In this document: positions 59,930 to 64,000 of the stretch, piece by piece
Position numbering within the stretch: position 1 is the stretch's first letter
Layout of the letters: every line of letters starts with the position of its first letter
Assembly: GCF_009914755.1 (NCBI RefSeq)
Contig: NC_060933.1
From: the human T2T-CHM13v2.0 reference genome, Homo sapiens
Length of the DNA: 64,000 bases
Reading direction: 5' to 3' (one strand)
Notes under the pieces: model-generated
Databases searched by the model: none
Seen by the model: only the letters and a program-made list of their open reading frames with translations
What the model was told of the DNA's origin: nothing
Position numbers and translations under genes: made by a program

Positions 59930-60655
59930 TTAACCACAGAACCAACCCAACTTGGTCCACCTTTGTGTAATAAGATGGTGAGTTGTTTTTCAGTTGCTAT
60001 GGACCCCGAGGTGGTAGGTCACATAACACGGACATGTCCAGGTGAACCAAGCTTGCAACCATGGGTGGAACCCAAGAGTCGGGACCAAGGAATGGAGACT
60101 GAATTAAGAAGCAAACATCTGAACAGGTGTGGTGGCTCATGCCTGTAATCCCAAGACTTGGGGAGGCTGAAGCAGGAAGATCACTTGAGGCCAGGCATTC
60201 AACACCAGACTCAGCAACATAGAGAAACCCAGTCTCCACAAAAAAAATTGTTTAAAATTAGCCGGGCATGGTGCCATGTCTGTGTAGCCCTAGCTACTGA
60301 GGAGGCTCAGGCAGGAGGATCACTTGGACCCACACGTTCAAGGCTGCAGTGAGCTATGATTCATGCCACTGCACTCTAGCCTGGGAAACAGAGCAAAATC
60401 CTATCTCAAAAAACAGACACCACATGGGAGGATCCAGTTAAATCCTGCCTCCTGGAATCACCTCGGATCATGCCTCATTGCCCAATGCCTATAAAACCAA
60501 TGCCATCCCCCAGCTAGAGGAGACAGGTTTAAGCATTTCCTTCTGTCTCCTTGCCATTCAACAACAATAAAGCTTTTCTTTTCTCAAAAAAGAAAAGTGC
60601 CATGGTATTGGCCTCTATGCACATCAGACAGCAAGCCCACTGATTGCTTAGCAAT
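59930..60655 (+). mobile_element. Solo ERV LTR (LTR47-like, tentative) split by an AluJ
   Basis: gtgagttgtttttcagttgctatggaccc...gactgaattaagaagc; after the Alu, cctataaaa (TATA) and aataaa. Confidence 0.6.
60122..60413 (+). mobile_element. AluJ inside an LTR
   Basis: Dimer. Confidence 0.88.
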
Positions 60656-61410
60656 ATGACGGTCAATATGTCACTGGCTGTAATGGAAAATGTAGATAAC
60701 ATGCAATAAAAACGGATAATATACCAGAGACATGAATGCTCTGTAAAAGAACCAAAAGGAAATGCTAGAAATAAAAAACACTGTAACAGAAATGAAGAAT
60801 ACTTTCAGTAGGCTGGACACGGCTGAGGAAGGAATCAATGAGCTTGAAGATATTCCAACAGAAACTTTCCAAACTGAAATGCAAAGGAAAATAATTAGAG
60901 AATGTCCAAGAACTGTGGGACAATTTCAAATGTGTAACACAGAAGTAACTGAAATATTTTCTGATATTTTCTAGAAAAAAGAGAGAGAGTACAGGGCAGA
61001 AGAAACATGTAAAAGTAATAACAGCCAAGAATTTTCCATAATTAGTGATAGCCAAACCACAGAACCAGGAAGCTCTGAGAAAACCAACCAGGATAAACAC
61101 TAAAAAATCCATACCTTGGCATATCATTCAAACTGAAGAAAACAAAAGAGAAAATCAAGAAAGAAACCAGAAGAAAAAACACCGTACCTATGGAGGTACA
61201 GGGACAAGAATTACAGAGGTTTCTTTCTCATCAGAAACCATACAAGCAAAAAGAAAGTGAAGTGAAATATTTAAAGAGTTTTTTTAAAAAAAGGAAAAGA
61301 AAAAAAAAGACAACCTAGAATTCTGTATGCAGAGAAAAAGCATCCTCGGAGTAAAGCAGAAACACAAAACCAAGAGAATTCATGTCAATGGACCTGCGAA
61401 AAGTTTTTTA

Positions 61411-61857
<447 letters not shown>

Positions 61858-62288
61858 TCACAAAAGAAGATAAGTGAATGCCTATTAAGCACATAAAAAA
61901 CTCACCACCACCAATCACTGGATCAATAACAAAATTAAAATGAGGAAATACTAGTCCACAAGAATACCTAAAATTAAAAACTGACAACACCCAGCGTGTT
62001 GTCAGTTTGGCTGACACATGAGGCAAATGAACTCTAATATAAAGCTGATCAGAGTGTAAGGTGGTACAGCACTTTGAAAAACAGTTGAACAATTTCTTAT
62101 AAAGTTAAACATCTACATATCCTATCACCCAGCAATTCTGCTCCTAGTCATGGATTGAATGAAACATACATATACCCAAAGACTTACACATAAATGTTCG
62201 TGGTAGCTTTATTCATAATAGCCCCAAACTGAAAAGTGCCCAAATGTCCATCAACATGAGAATCAATTTTTAAATACTGTTATATATT

Positions 62289-62723
62289 TGATAAGAGTCA
62301 AGAGACGGCAAAATGCCTAGGCAAAGAGGGAAGGGTCCCCGGAGAACCTTCGACCTGCCCAGGTCATCATGCACAGGAGGCTTGCCTAAATACGCCCACG
62401 GTGAAAAATTCCATCACTTAACATATGTGCAGTAAGGGAAATAAATCAACGTGGAGCGGCTCAGACTAAGGGCCCGTATGCACACTGGGGGAAGGGGGTG
62501 GAGCCACCAGGAATTCACGCCTTAGGCTAGGGAGTGTGGTGGCCTGGTATTCAACCTGAGGTGGAAGCCAGCTGGCGGGACCCCCCTCTTTGCTGAGAGC
62601 TCCCCTTTCGCTTAATAAATTCCACTCTCCTCACCCTTCAATGTGTCCATATGCCTAATTTCTCCTGGTTGTGAGACAAGAACCTGGATTTAGTTGAACT
62701 AAGAAGCAAAAACCCCTGCATTA
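62289..62723 (+). mobile_element. MER61-family ERV1 solo LTR
   Basis: TG start, 4-bp TSD tatt/tatt, ggcttgcctaaa..gcccacggtgaaaaattcc motif, ttaataaattc poly(A) signal. Confidence 0.75.
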
Positions 62724-62896
62724 TATTCACATAGTGGAATTCTCACAGAAATTAAAAAAAAAAAAAAGGAACTACTGATATATGCAAGAACAAGGATGAA
62801 TCTCAAAACCATTTTGCTGAGTAAAAGAAATCAGACATCAAAGAGCTTTTATGCTCTATGATTCCATTTATATGAGGTTCAAAAACAGGTAAAACT

Positions 62897-63190
62897 GGAC
62901 AAGCACGGTGGCTCATGCCTGTAACCCCAGTACTTCGGGTGGCCGAGGCAAGCAGATGGCTTGAGCCCAGGAGACCAGCCTGGGCAACATGGCGAAACCT
63001 AGTCTCTACAAAAAACACAAAAATTAGCCCGGAGCGGTGGAGCGCACCTGTAGTACCAGCTACTCAGGAGGCCAAGGCAGGAGGATCACCTGAGCCCAGG
63101 AAGTTGAGACTGAGGTAAGCCTTGATCACACCACTGCACTCCAGCCTGAGCTACACAGTGAGACCCTGTCTCAAACAAACAAACAAAACA
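62897..63190 (+). mobile_element. AluJ
   Basis: TSD aaaacaggtaaaact. Confidence 0.9.
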
Positions 63191-63446
63191 GGTAAAACTA
63201 ATCTCTGGTGATAGAAATCAGAAGAGCTGCCTAAACTGGGTCTGGAAAGAGGCAACAGGGAACTTTCTAGACTGCGTGTTCTATTATCTTGAATGAGGTA
63301 TACAGGAAACACTAGTGGATACAAGTGTCAAATTTTACTGAATTGTACCCTTAAGACATGTGCATTTCATTCTATGTAAATTACAGCTCAGTTTAAAAGG
63401 AAAAGGATTGCAGCAAATGCCTTCTACATTTCCTATAGCTCAAGCA

Positions 63447-63644
63447 CAGCAGCAGGCAAACGTTTTCTGTAAAGGGCCAGAGAGTAAGTATTTTAGGCTT
63501 TGCAGTCTCCACTACAACTACGACTGCCTTTGTAGTGTGAAAGGAGCCACGGACAATATGAATGAGCACAGCTGTGTTTCAGTAAAACTACAAAAACAGG
63601 TGGCAAGCCAAATGTGGCCCATAGCCATAGTTTGCCAACCCTTG
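63447..63644. mobile_element. MER58A hAT-Charlie element
   Basis: ggcaaacgttttctgtaaagggccag...tagtttgccaacccttg; 8-bp TSD ctcaagca/gtcaagca. Confidence 0.8.
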
Positions 63645-64000
63645 GTCAAGCAAACAGAAAACTAATCCTCAAAATTAATTTAAATATGCTATATTGTTCT
63701 CTTCTATATACTGACAGGCATGATAATCACTAGAAGTCCTTCCCATATATGTGAGTTTTTCATACTCATCTACTCACTTAAAATAGGAAAACCCAGAAAA
63801 AGTCTAAAACATATTTGATATGTAAGACTGTCATTTTCTTAAAATCATACTCTAATCGCTACTACAGTATTTTGAAAAAATAACCAGGATTATGAGGAAT
63901 ATTCAAGTTTAAAATAAGCCAGCTAGTTAATAATTAAAGTATAAGCTGTACACACACAAAATGCTATGTTATCCACAGTCTGACACTTTGATTTATCTGG

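Noticed and set aside
60762-61260. L1 ORF1p-like ORFs as a domesticated gene
   Set aside because: Short, frameshifted fragments typical of a decayed L1M.

Overview
This is primate (almost certainly human) genomic DNA lying entirely inside PTBP3 (ROD1), which is transcribed on the minus strand. Three coding exons are present: 34987/34996-35071, 13006-13175 and 5212-5358, called exons 3, 4 and 5 here. They encode the N-terminal linker/NLS half and RRM1. The rest is intron, mostly repeats: about 50 Alu/FLAM copies, old L1M and L2 fragments, a two-LTR THE1 MaLR provirus, several solo LTRs, hAT and Tigger DNA transposons, an HSPE1 processed pseudogene and a 7SL pseudogene. Best leads: (1) an exon 5-to-exon 3 back-splice circle (402 or 393 nt, a multiple of 3, no stop in frame, flanked by an inverted AluY pair) that would be an endless RRM1 ORF; (2) a uORF whose stop overlaps the downstream AUG (AUGA), plus a tandem donor that creates a new in-frame AUG when exon 4 is skipped; (3) candidate cryptic/poison exons in unique intronic sequence; (4) a perfect 17-bp hairpin beside a MARE/ARE-like motif cluster. 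There are no prokaryote-type systems. Gene and repeat identities come from recalled sequences, not searches; repeat subfamily names and boundaries are approximate.
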